Part shown: in pieces, positions 27,604-42,100 of the stretch
Position numbering within the stretch: position 1 is the first letter of the stretch
Layout: each line of letters starts with the position of its first letter
DNA from: a virus
Strand: one strand, 5' to 3'
Virus record (IMG/VR): IMGVR_UViG_3300022752_000018
Span: 1-64,000 of that record
DNA: 64,000 nucleotides
Program-made: the position numbers and the translations under genes
Notes under the pieces: model-generated
What the model was told of the DNA's origin: nothing
What the model saw: the letters and a program-made list of their open reading frames with translations, nothing else
Database searches by the model: none

Positions 27604-30126
27604 CTAAGCTAGTCGAACTATTGACAATCTTGAAGCTGTTGTAGTTCCGTTGAATACCAAACCTTGGTTTACAAATAATATTAAAGTATCATTTGTATTA
27701 AAACTTATAACTTCTGACACACTACCTCTTCTCAAAGCATTGGTCAATACTTGACAATATTTCGTTGTATTTTGGTTATTTTTCTTAACCCAAAAATCTA
27801 CAATTGGGTAAGTTTGCCCTGCTGGGACATTTGGTAGTACGCTTACACTGAAATTAATAATTATCTGATAAGTCCCTGTAGTACCAAATGTAAAAATTCC
27901 CCCTGAACTCATAGTGCCAAATCCGTTAACACTTCCAACAATTAAACTAGGAGTTTCTGACCAACTTATATCACCAGATGGATTGACGGTTTGATCACTG
28001 GCTTTAATATATGTCATTATTTCACTATTAGAAGGATTAGTCCAAGCAACTCCAGAGCCAGTGCTGCTCAATAATTGACCTTGTATACCAGTTGATCCAT
28101 TTGCTGTGACTGATCCAGTTAATATTGAACTATTCAATACAGGAGCGTTCAATGTTTTATTTAATAATGTTTGTGTAGCCTTAAGACTTACAACTTGGCT
28201 AGATGCTGTTAATCCAGTTTGTCCATAAACAAAAATATCATTAGCATGTATATCAAGTTCTACTCCCATGCCACCCGCAACTTGTAAAGCTCCTGTGGTT
28301 AAACTGGTTGACAATGTAGTGGCTGGAATTTTAACTGAACCTGATGTAGCAATTAAAGTTATTGAAGATGCTTCTTTGACGTTTTCAATAGTAAAATTAT
28401 CACTGGTTGTAGTGATTATGGGATTATCTTGCTGGGTGATAATATCAATATAATCTTTATCACCTGCTGTATAATTAGGACCTACTCTTAATTTTGCCTG
28501 ATTATTTTGAAGAACTAGACTGTAACCTGTTAGTTTAGTTTCCGTTGGATTACCACCGACAAGTGTAGTATCCAAGGTATTTAACCACATTGGCCCAGTG
28601 GCATTTATAGCCTTACCTATACCTAGTCCGCCACTTACTACTAAAGCTCCCGTAGTTATACTATTGCTTTCAGTAGTATCAACTACTTCAGATAATTGAG
28701 TAGCACTTAAAGTAGTAAACTTTCCAGATGATCTAAATGTGTTACCAATTGGGCTACTCTCAATAAAACCAGCAGTCAAAGTTCCTACGATATCAACATC
28801 GCCCCCAATATTGGTATTTTCACTTATACCTACTCCACCGGTAATAACCAATGTTCCAGTGGCTGTAGTAGTACTAGAAATATTAGCTGGCATTGATACT
28901 TTTCCATCACCACTAATCACTAGATAATTAGATACTACATTTGTGCCAATAGAAGCATATGCTAGTACAACTTTATTATCAACATCTATTAAAGATTCAG
29001 AAATTTTATTTAATTGCCATGCCCCACGATTATTATCATCTTTTAACCAACTAGTTCCATCATAGTATAAGTTAGTAGTCCAACTATATTGGTTAGACAA
29101 ACTTGTATTAATTCTACTTTTGAAAGCCGAAGATACACCGCTTGAAATTTCTATGTTGGCATTATTTGCTGTTAAATTTATATTAGGATCGCTAATATTA
29201 GGAGCTGTTAAAGTTTTATTGGTTAAGGTTTGAGTTGTATCATTACCTACTAGTGTAGTAGATGCGTCTGGCAGATAAATGGTTCTATCATTCGTAGGAT
29301 CAATAGCCACGAGAGTAGTTTCAAAATTATCATTTGAAGAGCCTTCAAAGACAATACTAGAATCACTAAGATACAATCCGCTGATAATAGGATTAACTAT
29401 AGTCTTATTTGTTACTGTTTGAGTTCCAGTTAATAGTACATATGGAGATAAATCCTGTGTCAAAGCTTCAGGACCAGCAGGTGTAAATGTAATGCTTACA
29501 GGATCATTATTACCAAAATTCTCTTCACTTACATTAAATCTAACATTAGTTATATCAATTTTGAAATAACCTACAGGATAAAAAGTTACCGTGCTAAAAG
29601 AAAATATTTGAAAGAAATTAGGATTATTTTCTTTTTCTACTTTAATGTACCCTCTTCTTGTACTATTGCCATAGGTAGTAAGACTATCAATAAATCCTGA
29701 TATATTATTTCCTGCTTTATCAGAACCACTTATTAAAATATATGGAGATTGATTCATACCATTTCCATAATCTCTTACAAAAAGAATTTTACCTATACCA
29801 GGATTTCCATTATCTACATTATTACTATCTATCACATAATGAAACTTAGTAGCATCTATGCTACTAGGTGGAATCCAACTTATTGTGCCATTTCCATCTG
29901 TACGTAATATGTAATTTGCTGCTCCACCTAAGGGAAATACACTTATGCCTGCAGAACCTGTATCTAACCAAAGTAATTTCTGATTGACATTACCGAAAAA
30001 ATCTGTAGGGAATTTATTACTTATATGGATACTCTTTGAGATAACTGGACTGCCATTAAGGATAAGACCATCCTCATCGGTGCTTAATAAATGCGCTGGG
30101 CCCGTCTGATCTAAATTAATTGGCAT
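27604..30126 (-). CDS. tail fibre / appendage protein with a C-terminal beta-sandwich (C1q/BclA-like) head (840 aa)
   Basis: Thr/Ser/Gly-rich fibre repeats (GALVVSGGLGI, QTLTNKTL, IVFEG...DNFETTL..IDPT.DRTI.LPDA) and a terminal GIFTF.TTGTYQI...DTLILFV segment. Confidence 0.7.
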   Translation of the reverse strand: MPINLDQTGPAHLLSTDEDGLILNGSPVISKSIHISNKFPTDFFGNVNQKLLWLDTGSAGISVFPLGGAANYILRTDGNGTISWIPPSSIDATKFHYVIDSNNVDNGNPGIGKILFVRDYGNGMNQSPYILISGSDKAGNNISGFIDSLTTYGNSTRRGYIKVEKENNPNFFQIFSFSTVTFYPVGYFKIDITNVRFNVSEENFGNNDPVSITFTPAGPEALTQDLSPYVLLTGTQTVTNKTIVNPIISGLYLSDSSIVFEGSSNDNFETTLVAIDPTNDRTIYLPDASTTLVGNDTTQTLTNKTLTAPNISDPNINLTANNANIEISSGVSSAFKSRINTSLSNQYSWTTNLYYDGTSWLKDDNNRGAWQLNKISESLIDVDNKVVLAYASIGTNVVSNYLVISGDGKVSMPANISSTTTATGTLVITGGVGISENTNIGGDVDIVGTLTAGFIESSPIGNTFRSSGKFTTLSATQLSEVVDTTESNSITTGALVVSGGLGIGKAINATGPMWLNTLDTTLVGGNPTETKLTGYSLVLQNNQAKLRVGPNYTAGDKDYIDIITQQDNPIITTTSDNFTIENVKEASSITLIATSGSVKIPATTLSTSLTTGALQVAGGMGVELDIHANDIFVYGQTGLTASSQVVSLKATQTLLNKTLNAPVLNSSILTGSVTANGSTGIQGQLLSSTGSGVAWTNPSNSEIMTYIKASDQTVNPSGDISWSETPSLIVGSVNGFGTMSSGGIFTFGTTGTYQIIINFSVSVLPNVPAGQTYPIVDFWVKKNNQNTTKYCQVLTNALRRGSVSEVISFNTNDTLILFVNQGLVFNGTTTASRLSIVRLA

Positions 30127-30140
30127 TGCTAGTCATCTCC

Positions 30141-33100
30141 TTATGATAATGCTGCTACTCTAACTTGGAAGTCTGCGAAATCTGCGCTGGCTGCTACCAC
30201 GCTCTTAAATGTGGCCAGTGACAGTGTTCCAATAGTTCCGTCTGTACCTTGTGCTCCAGTTGAACCTTGTGCTCCAGTTGAACCTTGAGTACCATCTGTA
30301 CCTTGTGTACCATCTGTTCCTTTTGTACCTGTAGCACCTTGTGGTCCTGGTAATCCCTGTAAACCTGTATTACCCGTAGTACCTGTTGAACCTTGTGTAC
30401 CAGTATCACCTTGTAAACCTTTTTCCCCTTGTAAGCCTTGACGACCCTGTATTCCCTGTGCTCCAGTAAATCCTTGGAATCCTTGTATTCCCTGTGCTCC
30501 AGTAAATCCTTGGAATCCTTGGAATCCTTGGAATCCTTGGAATCCTTGGACGCCTTGGATACCCTGTGCTCCAGTAAATCCTTGGAATCCTTGTATTCCC
30601 TGTGCTCCAGTAAATCCTTGGAATCCTTGGAATCCTTGTAATCCTTGGATACCCTGTACACCCTGACCACCTTGAACACCCTGTACACCTTGTACGCCCT
30701 GTATACCCTGTACACCTTGTACACCTTGACCACCTTGTACACCCTGTACACCTTGTACACCCTGTCTGCCTTGTACACCTTGTACACCTTGTACACCTTG
30801 ACCACCTTGTACACCTTGTACACCCTGTCCGCCTTGTACACCTTGTACACCTTGTACACCCTGTCCGCCTTGGACACCTTGTACACCCTGTCCGCCTTGT
30901 ACACCTTGTACACCTTGTACACCCTGTCCGCCTTGGACACCCTGTACACCCTGTACACCTTGACCACCCTGTACACCCTGTACGCCTTGTACACCCTGTA
31001 CACCCTGTACACCTTGTACACCTTGTACACCTTGTACACCTTGAATACCTTGAATACCCTGACTACTAATTTGATTCCAATTAGCATTTGGTGGGGGAGT
31101 TGCTACATTACTTGTATGAGCTGTTATACAAATATAACTTGTTCCTTGATAGAACACCATATCATTTACAGCATAAGGTGTACTACCAGTCCATACACCT
31201 TTCCAAACTACACCAAGTCCTTGTACACCTTGTACACCTTGTACACCTTGTACACCTTGTACACCTTGGCCACCTTGTACACCTTGTACTCCCTGTACAC
31301 CCTGACCACCTTGTACACCTTGTACACCTTGTACACCTTGTACACCTTGGCCACCTTGTACACCTTGTACTCCCTGTACACCTTGGCCACCTTGTACACC
31401 TTGTACACCTTGAACTCCTTGACCACCTTGTACACCTTGTACACCTTGTACACCCTGACCACCTTGTACACCTTGTACACCTTGTACACCCTGACCACCT
31501 TGTACACCTTGTACACCTTGTACACCTTGTCTACCCTGTACACCCTGTACACCCTGTACACCCTGACCACCTTGTACACCTTGTACGCCCTGTATACCCT
31601 GACTGGTTAATTGATCCCAATATGTTGAATTAACTATTGGTGGCTGACCAGTAGCTGGTGTTTGCCCGGCAACTGGCGTACCATTTTTATAGATGTAACT
31701 GTTACCATCATAAAATACTAAATCGTTTTGATAGTAAGTTGTACCAGCAGCATAGATACCTTTCCATACTAAACTAAAGCCCTGTACACCTTGTACACCT
31801 TGTACACCTTGTACACCTTGGCCACCTTGTACACCTTGAACGCCTTGTACACCCTGACCACCTTGTACACCTTGTACACCTTGTACACCCTGACCACCTT
31901 GTACACCTTGTACACCTTGTACACCTTGTCTACCCTGTACACCCTGTACACCTTGTACACCTTGACCGCCCTGTACACCTTGAACACCTTGAACACCTTG
32001 TACACCCTGACCACCTTGTACACCTTGTACACCTTGTACACCCTGACCACCTTGTACACCTTGTACGCCCTGTATACCTTGACTGGTCATCTGGTTCCAA
32101 TATGTTGAATTAACTATTGGTGGCTGACCAGTAGCTGGTGTTTGCCCAGCAACTGGCGTACCATTTTTATAAATGTAACTGTTACCATCATAAAATACTA
32201 AATCGTTTTGATAGTAGGTTGTGCTAGCAGAATATGTGCCTTTCCATACCAAACTAAATCCTTGTACACCCTGTACGCCCTGTACACCCTGTACACCTTG
32301 GCCACCTTGTACACCTTGTACACCTTGAACTCCTTGACCACCTTGTACACCTTGTACACCTTGTACACCCTGACCACCTTGTACACCTTGTACACCTTGT
32401 ACACCCTGACCACCTTGTACACCTTGTACACCTTGTACACCCTGACCACCTTGTACACCTTGTACACCTTGTACACCTTGTCTACCCTGTACACCCTGTA
32501 CACCCTGTACACCCTGACCACCTTGTACACCTTGTACGCCCTGTATACCTTGGCTGGTCATTTGCTCCCAATATGTTGAATTAACTATTGGTGGCTGACC
32601 AGTAGCTGGTGTTTGCCCAGCAACTGGCGTACCATTTTTATAGATGTAACTATTACCATCATAAAATACTAAATCGTTTTGACTATAAGTTGTACTGGCA
32701 GAATATATACCTTTCCATACTAAACTAAAGCCCTGTACACCTTGTACACCTTGTACACCTTGTACACCTTGTACACCTTGTACACCTTGAACACCTTGAC
32801 CACCTTGTACACCCTGTACACCTTGTACGCCTTGTCTACCCTGTACACCCTGTACACCTTGTACACCTTGACCGCCCTGTACACCTTGTACACCTTGTAC
32901 ACCCTGACCGCCCTGTACACCCTGTACACCCTGTACACCCTGTATACCTTGAACACTCAATAGGTTCCAATTGGCATTTAAAGGTGGACTTCCTATGGAA
33001 CTAGTATGTGTTACTATACAAATATAGCTTGATCCTTGATAATATACCATATCATTTAATTGATATGGTGTTCCACCAGCCCAAGTTCCTTTCCAAACTA

Positions 33101-36100
33101 CTCCAAGACCTTGTACACCTTGTACACCTTGTACACCCTGTACTCCCTGTACACCTTGAACACCCTGTACACCTTGCCTACCTTGTATACCTTGCCAACC
33201 TTGAACTCCTTGAATACCTTGAATACCCTGGGCACCTGTCAATTCCCATCTTTGGAGTGTCGCATCAAGATTAGAACTAGTATGGAATTGTGGTGTATAG
33301 CTACCAACAGAGAAAGTTAACCCAGTTGGAGTACCAGTAGAGTTGGAAATTGATCCACCACCCTTGGTCAAACTCAATGTAGCCGTTGTTGATGTACTAG
33401 CAGTTACATAATACACTGTACCAAGAGTAGCATTTAGAGTACTGTAATTTTGTAAAGACCCTCCTCCTGTATTAGTTCCCTGAACAATTACTGGTAATCC
33501 AACTGATGGAGCAGTAGTTGAATTAAAACTAATACCATTCGAGGTAATTTGAACACCTGTTAAATTATTTGGAATATATTCTGATAAACTTACATATGTG
33601 CTACCAGAGAATATGATCATATCACTAACAGCATAGTTATTAAGTGGTGACCATTCACCTCTCCACTTAAATCCTGATCCTTGTATACCCTGCTGACCTT
33701 GTACGCCCTGTACTCCCTGTACACCCTGTACACCCTGACCACCTTGTACGCCCTGTACACCCTGTATACCTTGGCTGGTCATTTGCTCCCAGTAGGTGGT
33801 ATTAACTATTAAACTTGCACCTACACCAGTTGATGGAGCTTGTCCTGCTGTCGGTGTAACATTTTTAAAGACATAACTATTACCGTTGTAGAATACAATG
33901 TCATTTGTATAATAAGTTGTACCCGCTAACCAAGTACCTTTCCATACCAAACTGAATCCTTGTACACCTTGTACACCCTGTACACCTTGAACGCCTTGAC
34001 CACCCTGTACACCTTGGACACCTTGAACTCCTTGACCACCTTGTACACCTTGTACACCTTGTACGCCCTGTATACCTTGTACGCCCTGTACACCTTGTCT
34101 ACCTTGTACACCTTGTACACCTTGTACACCTTGACCACCTTGTACACCTTGTACACCTTGTACACCCTGTCCGCCTTGTACACCCTGTACTCCCTGTACA
34201 CCCTGTACTCCCTGTACACCTTGAACACCCTGTATACCTTGACTGGTCATTTGATTCCAGTACGCAGTATTAACGACTAAACTTTGACCTATACCAGTTG
34301 ATGGTGCGTTACCAGCACTTGGTATAGCATTATTATAGATGTAACTATTACCATTATAGAATACAATATCATTTTGAGTATAAGTTGTACCTGCTAACCA
34401 AGTACCTTTCCATACCAAACTGAATCCCTGTACACCTTGTACACCTTGTACACCCTGTACACCTTGACCACCTTGTACACCTTGTACACCTTGTACACCT
34501 TGTCCACCTTGTACACCTTGTACACCTTGTACACCTTGTCCACCTTGTACACCCTGTACACCTTGTACACCCTGACCGCCCTGTACACCCTGTACTCCCT
34601 GTACACCCTGTACTCCCTGTACACCTTGAACACCCTGTATACCTTGACTGGTCATTTGATTCCAGTACGTAGTATTAACGACTAAACTTTGACCTATACC
34701 AGTTGATGGTACGTTACCGGCACTTGGTGTAGCATTAGTATAGATGTAACTATTACCATTATAGAATACAATATCATTTTGAGTATAAGTTGTACCTGCT
34801 AACCAAGTACCTTTCCATACCAAACTGAATCCCTGTACACCTTGTACACCTTGTACACCTTGAACGCCTTGACCACCCTGTACACCTTGTACACCTTGAA
34901 CTCCTTGACCACCTTGTACACCTTGTACACCTTGGACGCCTTGTACACCTTGTACACCTTGAACACCCTGTACACCTTGTACACCCTGACCACCTTGTAC
35001 ACCCTGTACACCTTGAACACCCTGTACACCTTGTACACCTTGAACGCCCTGTATACCTTGACTGGTCATCTGGTTCCAGTACGTAGTATTAACGACTAAA
35101 CTTTGACCTATACCAGTTGATGGTGCGTTACCAGCACTTGGTGTAGCATTAGTATAGATGTAACTATTACCATTATAGAATACAATATCATTTTGAAAAT
35201 AAGTTGTACCTACTAACCAAGTACCTTTCCATACCAAACTGAATCCCTGTACACCTTGTACACCTTGTACACCTTGAACGCCTTGACCACCCTGTACACC
35301 TTGTACACCTTGTACACCTTGACCACCTTGTACACCTTGTACACCTTGTACGCCCTGTATACCTTGTACGCCCTGTACACCTTGTCTACCTTGTACACCT
35401 TGTATACCTTGTACACCTTGACCACCTTGTACACCTTGTACACCTTGTACACCCTGTCCGCCTTGTACACCTTGTACACCTTGTACACCCTGTCCGCCTT
35501 GTACACCTTGTACACCTTGTACACCCTGTCCGCCTTGTACACCTTGTACACCTTGTACACCCTGTCCGCCTTGTACACCTTGTACGCCCTGTACACCTTG
35601 TCTACCCTGAATACCTTGTACGCCTTGTACGCCTTGACCACCTTGTATGCCTTGTATACCTTGTTGTCCAGCTGGCTGAAAGGCTACATTTAATACTGAA
35701 CCATCAGCAGGAGCAGTTCCTTGTGTGTCAATAAATGTACAATTTAGGGTAAAGAATGAATTAGGACTATTATAAGTTATACTATTAATAGTAGCAGCAT
35801 ATCTAGTTACAGATCCATCTGGTTGTAATGTTAGAACACCATGATATGATCCAGCAGTTCCAAATGCTGTCATAGCATTAAAGAATGAATATCTGTCTTG
35901 TCCTAAAATATCATATCTATCTACATATACAACTATTCCACCAGCAGTAGTACTAGTCCAATCTCGATTAATTCGTATAGTACCATTTGCAGGATTGCTT
36001 GTAGTAGTATTATCCCAAGCATAAGTGGCAGTGTATCCACCAGGAGTACCTACAATTCCTTGGACACCTTGAATACCTTGGACACCTTGTCCACCCTGTA

Positions 36101-39100
36101 CACCTTGAACTCCTTGGACACCTTGTACACCTTGTATACCCTGTACACCTTGTACACCCTGTCCGCCTTGTACACCTTGTACGCCTTGTACACCTTGACC
36201 ACCTTGTATGCCTTGTACGCCCTGTACACCTTGACCACCTTGTATGCCTTGTACGCCCTGTACACCTTGACCACCTTGTATTCCCTGTATTCCCTGTATA
36301 CCTTGTACACCTTGTACACCTTGTAAGCCTTGGCTAGCAATTAATGACCATGGATTAGTTTTAAATATTAAACCAGTTAATGATCCAGTCCCTATTCCAC
36401 CAATACCTGTTACACTAAACTGTGTTCTTCCTAAAATAAATGAGGTTGTAGGCCCATTATCAGCACTGATAATGTAATATACTACATTAGGTACCGTTTG
36501 GCCTGCTGTAAAATATGTCGGACTTGACTCAGGACTACCAGGATTTTCTAAACTAATACCAGCTGGCACTGTTCCTGATACAATAACTGCCTCGCCTATG
36601 TATAAATTAGTACTTGTACATCCAAATACTCCTGAAGTATTGGTCTTGGTTACATCAGGAATAGTAATAGTTGTACCTGGAGGATTGTTTATATTAAAGT
36701 AAGCCCCTGATCCGTATGTTGAATCACCAAATGTACTTGTGTAGCTTGATCCTTGATAGAATATAGTTTCATTTCTTAAGTAACTTGCTCCAGGTTGCCA
36801 ATCTCCTAAGAATGTAAATCCTTCACCCTTAGTACCCTGGAAGCCTTGTACACCTTGTTGACCTTGAACACCTTGAACACCTTGTACACCTTGACCACCT
36901 TGTACACCCTGTATGCCCTGTATACCCTGTACACCCTGTTGACCTTGTACACCCTGTACACCTTGTACACCTTGTACACCTTGTCCACCTTGTACACCCT
37001 GTACACCCTGTACACCTTGTCCACCTTGAACACCTTGAACACCTTGTACACCTTGTCCACCCTGTATGCCCTGTATACCCTGTACACCCTGTTGACCTTG
37101 TACACCCTGTACACCCTGTACACCCTGTCCACCTTGGACACCCTGTACACCCTGTACACCCTGACCACCCTGTACACCCTGTACACCCTGTAGACCCTGT
37201 ACACCCTGTACACCCTGTACACCCTGTAGACCCTGTAGACCCTGAATACCCTGAATACCCTGACCACCTTGTACGCCCTGTACGCCTTGTATACCTTGGC
37301 TTACTAAAAGATTCCAACTTGCGCCTACTACAGGAACAACTCCTGTGCTATTAGCTATTGCTATCCAAGAACTGCCATTATAAAATACTATATCATTAGT
37401 GCTATATGGTGTGGTACTATTCCAAGTTCCTTTCCAAACTAAGCTAAAACCCTGTACACCTTGAATACCCTGTACACCCTGTACACCTTGTCCACCCTGT
37501 ACTCCCTGTACTCCCTGTACACCTTGGCCACCTTGTACACCTTGAACGCCTTGAACGCCTTGAACGCCTTGAACGCCCTGTACACCTTGTACACCTTGGC
37601 CACCTTGTACACCTTGTACACCCTGTACACCTTGAACGCCCTGTAAACCTTGTACACCCTGTAAACCTTGGCTTACAATCATATTCCAATCTGCGGTTGT
37701 CCCGGGAACAATTCCAGTATGTACAGTAGTTGATATCCAAGAACTACCGTTATAAAATACTACATCATTAACAATGTAAGGCGTTGATAAATTATATGTA
37801 CCTCTCCAAATTAATCCAACACCTTGTATACCTTGACCACCTTGTACACCTTGTACACCTTGTACACCTTGACCACCTTGTACACCTTGTACACCTTGTA
37901 CACCTTGACCACCCTGTATACCCTGTATACCCTGTAGACCCTGACCACCTTGTACACCCTGTACTCCCTGTACACCCTGACCACCTTGGACGCCTTGTAC
38001 ACCTTGTAGACCTTGTACACCTTGTACACCTTGTCCGCCTTGTACACCTTGTACACCTTGTACACCTTGTCCACCTTGTACACCTTGTACACCTTGTACA
38101 CCCTGTCCGCCTTGAATACCTTGAACGCCTTGTATACCCTGACCGCCTTGGATACCTTGAACGCCTTGGACACCCTGTACACCTTGTACACCCTGTACAC
38201 CCTGTACACCTTGAACACCTTGAACGCCCTGTACACCTTGGACACCCTGTACACCTTGTACACCTTGTACACCTTGTACACCTTGAACGCCTTGGACACC
38301 CTGTACACCTTGTACACCTTGTACACCTTGTACACCTTGAATACCTTGGGATGCAAGCACATCCCAACTAGATGGATTTGTATCAGGCTGATTATTATAA
38401 TTGCCATTAACTTTACTAATATATGATGAACCTAGATAAGCTACAGAATCATTATTATTATAAATTACGCTAGGATCCCATATTCCTTTCCAAGTTACAC
38501 CACCACCTTGAATACCCTGTTGGCCTTGTACGCCTTGTACACCTTGAACGCCCTGTACACCTTGTACACCCTGTACACCCTGTACACCCTGTACGCCTTG
38601 TACACCTTGTACGCCCTGTACACCTTGTACACCCTGTACGCCCTGTACACCCTGTACACCCTGTACACCTTGTACTCCTTGTACGCCCTGTACACCCTGT
38701 ACGCCCTGTACACCCTGTACACCCTGTACACCTTGGACGCCTTGGACTCCTTGTACACCTTGGACACCCTGTACACCTTGAACACCCTGTACACCTTGTA
38801 AACCTTGGCTTGCTATTCTTTCCCAGAAAGTATCATTATTTTCAGGTCCAGGAACTGCTGTAGAATTAGAATTACCAGTTGGAACTCCTCCTCCTGTATA
38901 TCTTACTATCCACGCACTACCATTATAAAATACAACTTCATTTTGATAATAAGTTGTATTAAAATCGTACATTCCACGCCAGATTATACCAAAACCTTGT
39001 ATACCCTGTACACCTTGTACGCCCTGTACGCCTTGTACGCCTTGTACACCTTGTACGCCTTGTACACCTTGTACACCTTGAACGCCTTGAACGCCTTGTA

Positions 39101-42100
39101 CACCTTGTACACCTTGAACGCCTTGAACGCCTTGTACACCCTGTACGCCCTGTACACCCTGTACACCTTGTACACCTTGGACTCCTTGGACGCCTTGTAC
39201 ACCTTGTACCCCTTGTACACCTTGGACACCTTGGGCTCCTTGTAGACCTTGAACGCCTTGTAAACCTTGGACTCCTTGTAGACCTTGAACGCCTTGTAAA
39301 CCTTGGACTCCTTGTACACCTTGTACACCCTGTACGCCTTGTACACCCTGTACGCCTTGTACACCTTGTACGCCCTGTACACCCTGTACACCCTGTACAC
39401 CTTGTACACCCTGTACGCCTTGTACACCCTGTACGCCTTGTACGCCCTGTACACCCTGTACACCCTGTACACCCTGTACACCCTGTACACCCTGTACACC
39501 TTGAACACCTTGAACACCCTGTACACCCTGTACGCCTTGTACGCCTTGTACACCCTGTACGCCTTGTACACCCTGTACGCCCTGTACGCCTTGTACACCT
39601 TGGGCTCCTTGTACACCTTGTACACCTTGAACACCCTGTACACCCTGTACACCTTGAACGCCTTGAACGCCTTGAGCTGCTAAAATTTGCCAATAAGTCG
39701 AATTAATTACAGGTGGATTACCATAACTTGGTTCTTCATCACTAAATTGACCATATGGTGGATCAGTAGTAATAGGATATATTACAATATAGCTATTTCC
39801 ATTGTAATATACTACATCATTTTGTTGATAAGTTGCTGATGAACTGTATGTTCCTCTCCATCTTATACCAAATCCTTGAATACCTTGAACACCTTGAACA
39901 CCTTGGACTCCTTGAACGCCTTGTACACCTTGGACTCCTTGTACACCTTGGACTCCTTGTACACCTTGGACACCCTGTACACCCTGTACACCTTGGACTC
40001 CCTGTACACCTTGGACTCCTTGGACTCCTTGTACACCCTGTACACCTTGTACACCTTGTACACCTTGAACGCCTTGTAGGCCCTGTACACCTTGAACGCC
40101 TTGTAGGCCTTGATAGCCTTGGACACCTTGACTTGACAACATGTCCCAATAGGCTGATCCTTCATATGGTTCATTATTAGTATTACTGCCTGCTAATGAA
40201 GCCCAAGAAGATCCATTCCATTTAACCGCATCATTTTGATTATAGGTTACATTTGACTGCCATTCTCCTCGCCAAACAAATCCCAATCCTTGGATACCTT
40301 GTTGACCTTGAACTCCCTGTACACCCTGTACACCCTGTACACCCTGTACACCCTGTACACCCTGGACGCCCTGTACACCCTGGACGCCCTGTACACCTTG
40401 GACACCTTGTACACCTTGTACGCCTTGTACACCTTGTACACCCTGAAGACCTTGAACACCTTGTACACCTTGAACGCCTTGTACACCTTGTACACCTTGT
40501 ACACCTTGTACACCTTGTACACCTTGTACACCTTGTATACCTTGCCAACCTTGGACACCCTGTACACCCTGTACACCCTGTACACCCTGTACACCTTGAA
40601 CGCCTTGGACACCTTGGACACCCTGTACACCCTGTACACCTTGGACTCCCTGTACACCTTGGACACCTTGGACACCTTGGACACCTTGGACACCCTGTAC
40701 ACCCTGTACACCTTGGACTCCTTGGACTCCTTGGACACCTTGGACACCCTGTACACCCTGTACACCTTGGACTCCTTGGACTCCTTGGACTCCTTGTACA
40801 CCCTGTACACCCTGTACACCCTGTACACCCTGTACACCCTGTACACCCTGTACACCCTGTACACCCTGTACACCCTGTACACCCTGTACACCCTGTACAC
40901 CTTGTACGCCTTGTACACCTTGGACACCCTGTACACCTTGTACACCCTGTACACCTTGGACTCCCTGTACGCCTTGTACACCCTGTACGCCTTGTACACC
41001 TTGAACGCCTTGTACACCTTGAACGCCTTGTACACCTTGAACGCCTTGTACACCCTGACTAGCTAATAATTCCCAATATGTGTCATTATACTCTGGTCCT
41101 GGAACTGTCAATGGATTCTGTGCACCTGGAGTAACACCTTCAACACCAGTGTATTTTACTATCCAACTTGATCCACTGTAGAAAACAACTTCATTTTGAT
41201 AATATCTGGTATTGAAATCATACATTCCACGCCAAATAAGACCGAATCCCTGAATACCCTGTACACCCTGTACACCCTGTACACCCTGTACACCTTGTAC
41301 GCCTTGGACACCCTGTACACCCTGTACACCCTGTACACCTTGGACACCTTGGACTCCTTGGACTCCTTGGACTCCTTGTACACCCTGTACACCCTGTACA
41401 CCCTGTACACCCTGTACACCCTGTACACCCTGTACACCCTGTACACCTTGTACGCCTTGTACACCTTGGACACCCTGTACACCTTGAACGCCTTGGACAC
41501 CTTGAACGCCTTGAACACCCTGTACACCTTGTACACCTTGTACACCTTGTATACCTTGCCAACCTTGGACACCCTGTACACCCTGTACACCTTGTACACC
41601 CTGTACACCCTGTACACCCTGTACACCCTGTACACCCTGTACACCTTGTACACCTTGTACACCTTGGACTCCTTGGACTCCTTGTACTCCTTGTACACCT
41701 TGTATACCTTGCCAACCTTGTACACCCTGTACACCTTGTAGGCCTTGTACACCTTGTACACCTTGTACACCTTGTACACCCTGTACACCTTGTACACCCT
41801 GTACACCTTGTACACCCTGTACACCTTGTACACCCTGTACACCTTGTACACCCTGTACACCTTGTACACCTTGTACACCTTGTACACCTTGTACTCCTTG
41901 TAGTCCCTGTACACCTTGTACTCCCTGTACACCCTGTACACCTTGTACACCTTGTACACCTTGTACACCTTGTACCCCTTGTACACCTTGAATACCTTGT
42001 GCAGCTATTAGATTCCAATATGATTCATTGACAACTATTGGATAACCAGCTTCTGCTTTGCTTAAAACTGGTATTGTTTGTAAGCCACCAAACTTATTAT

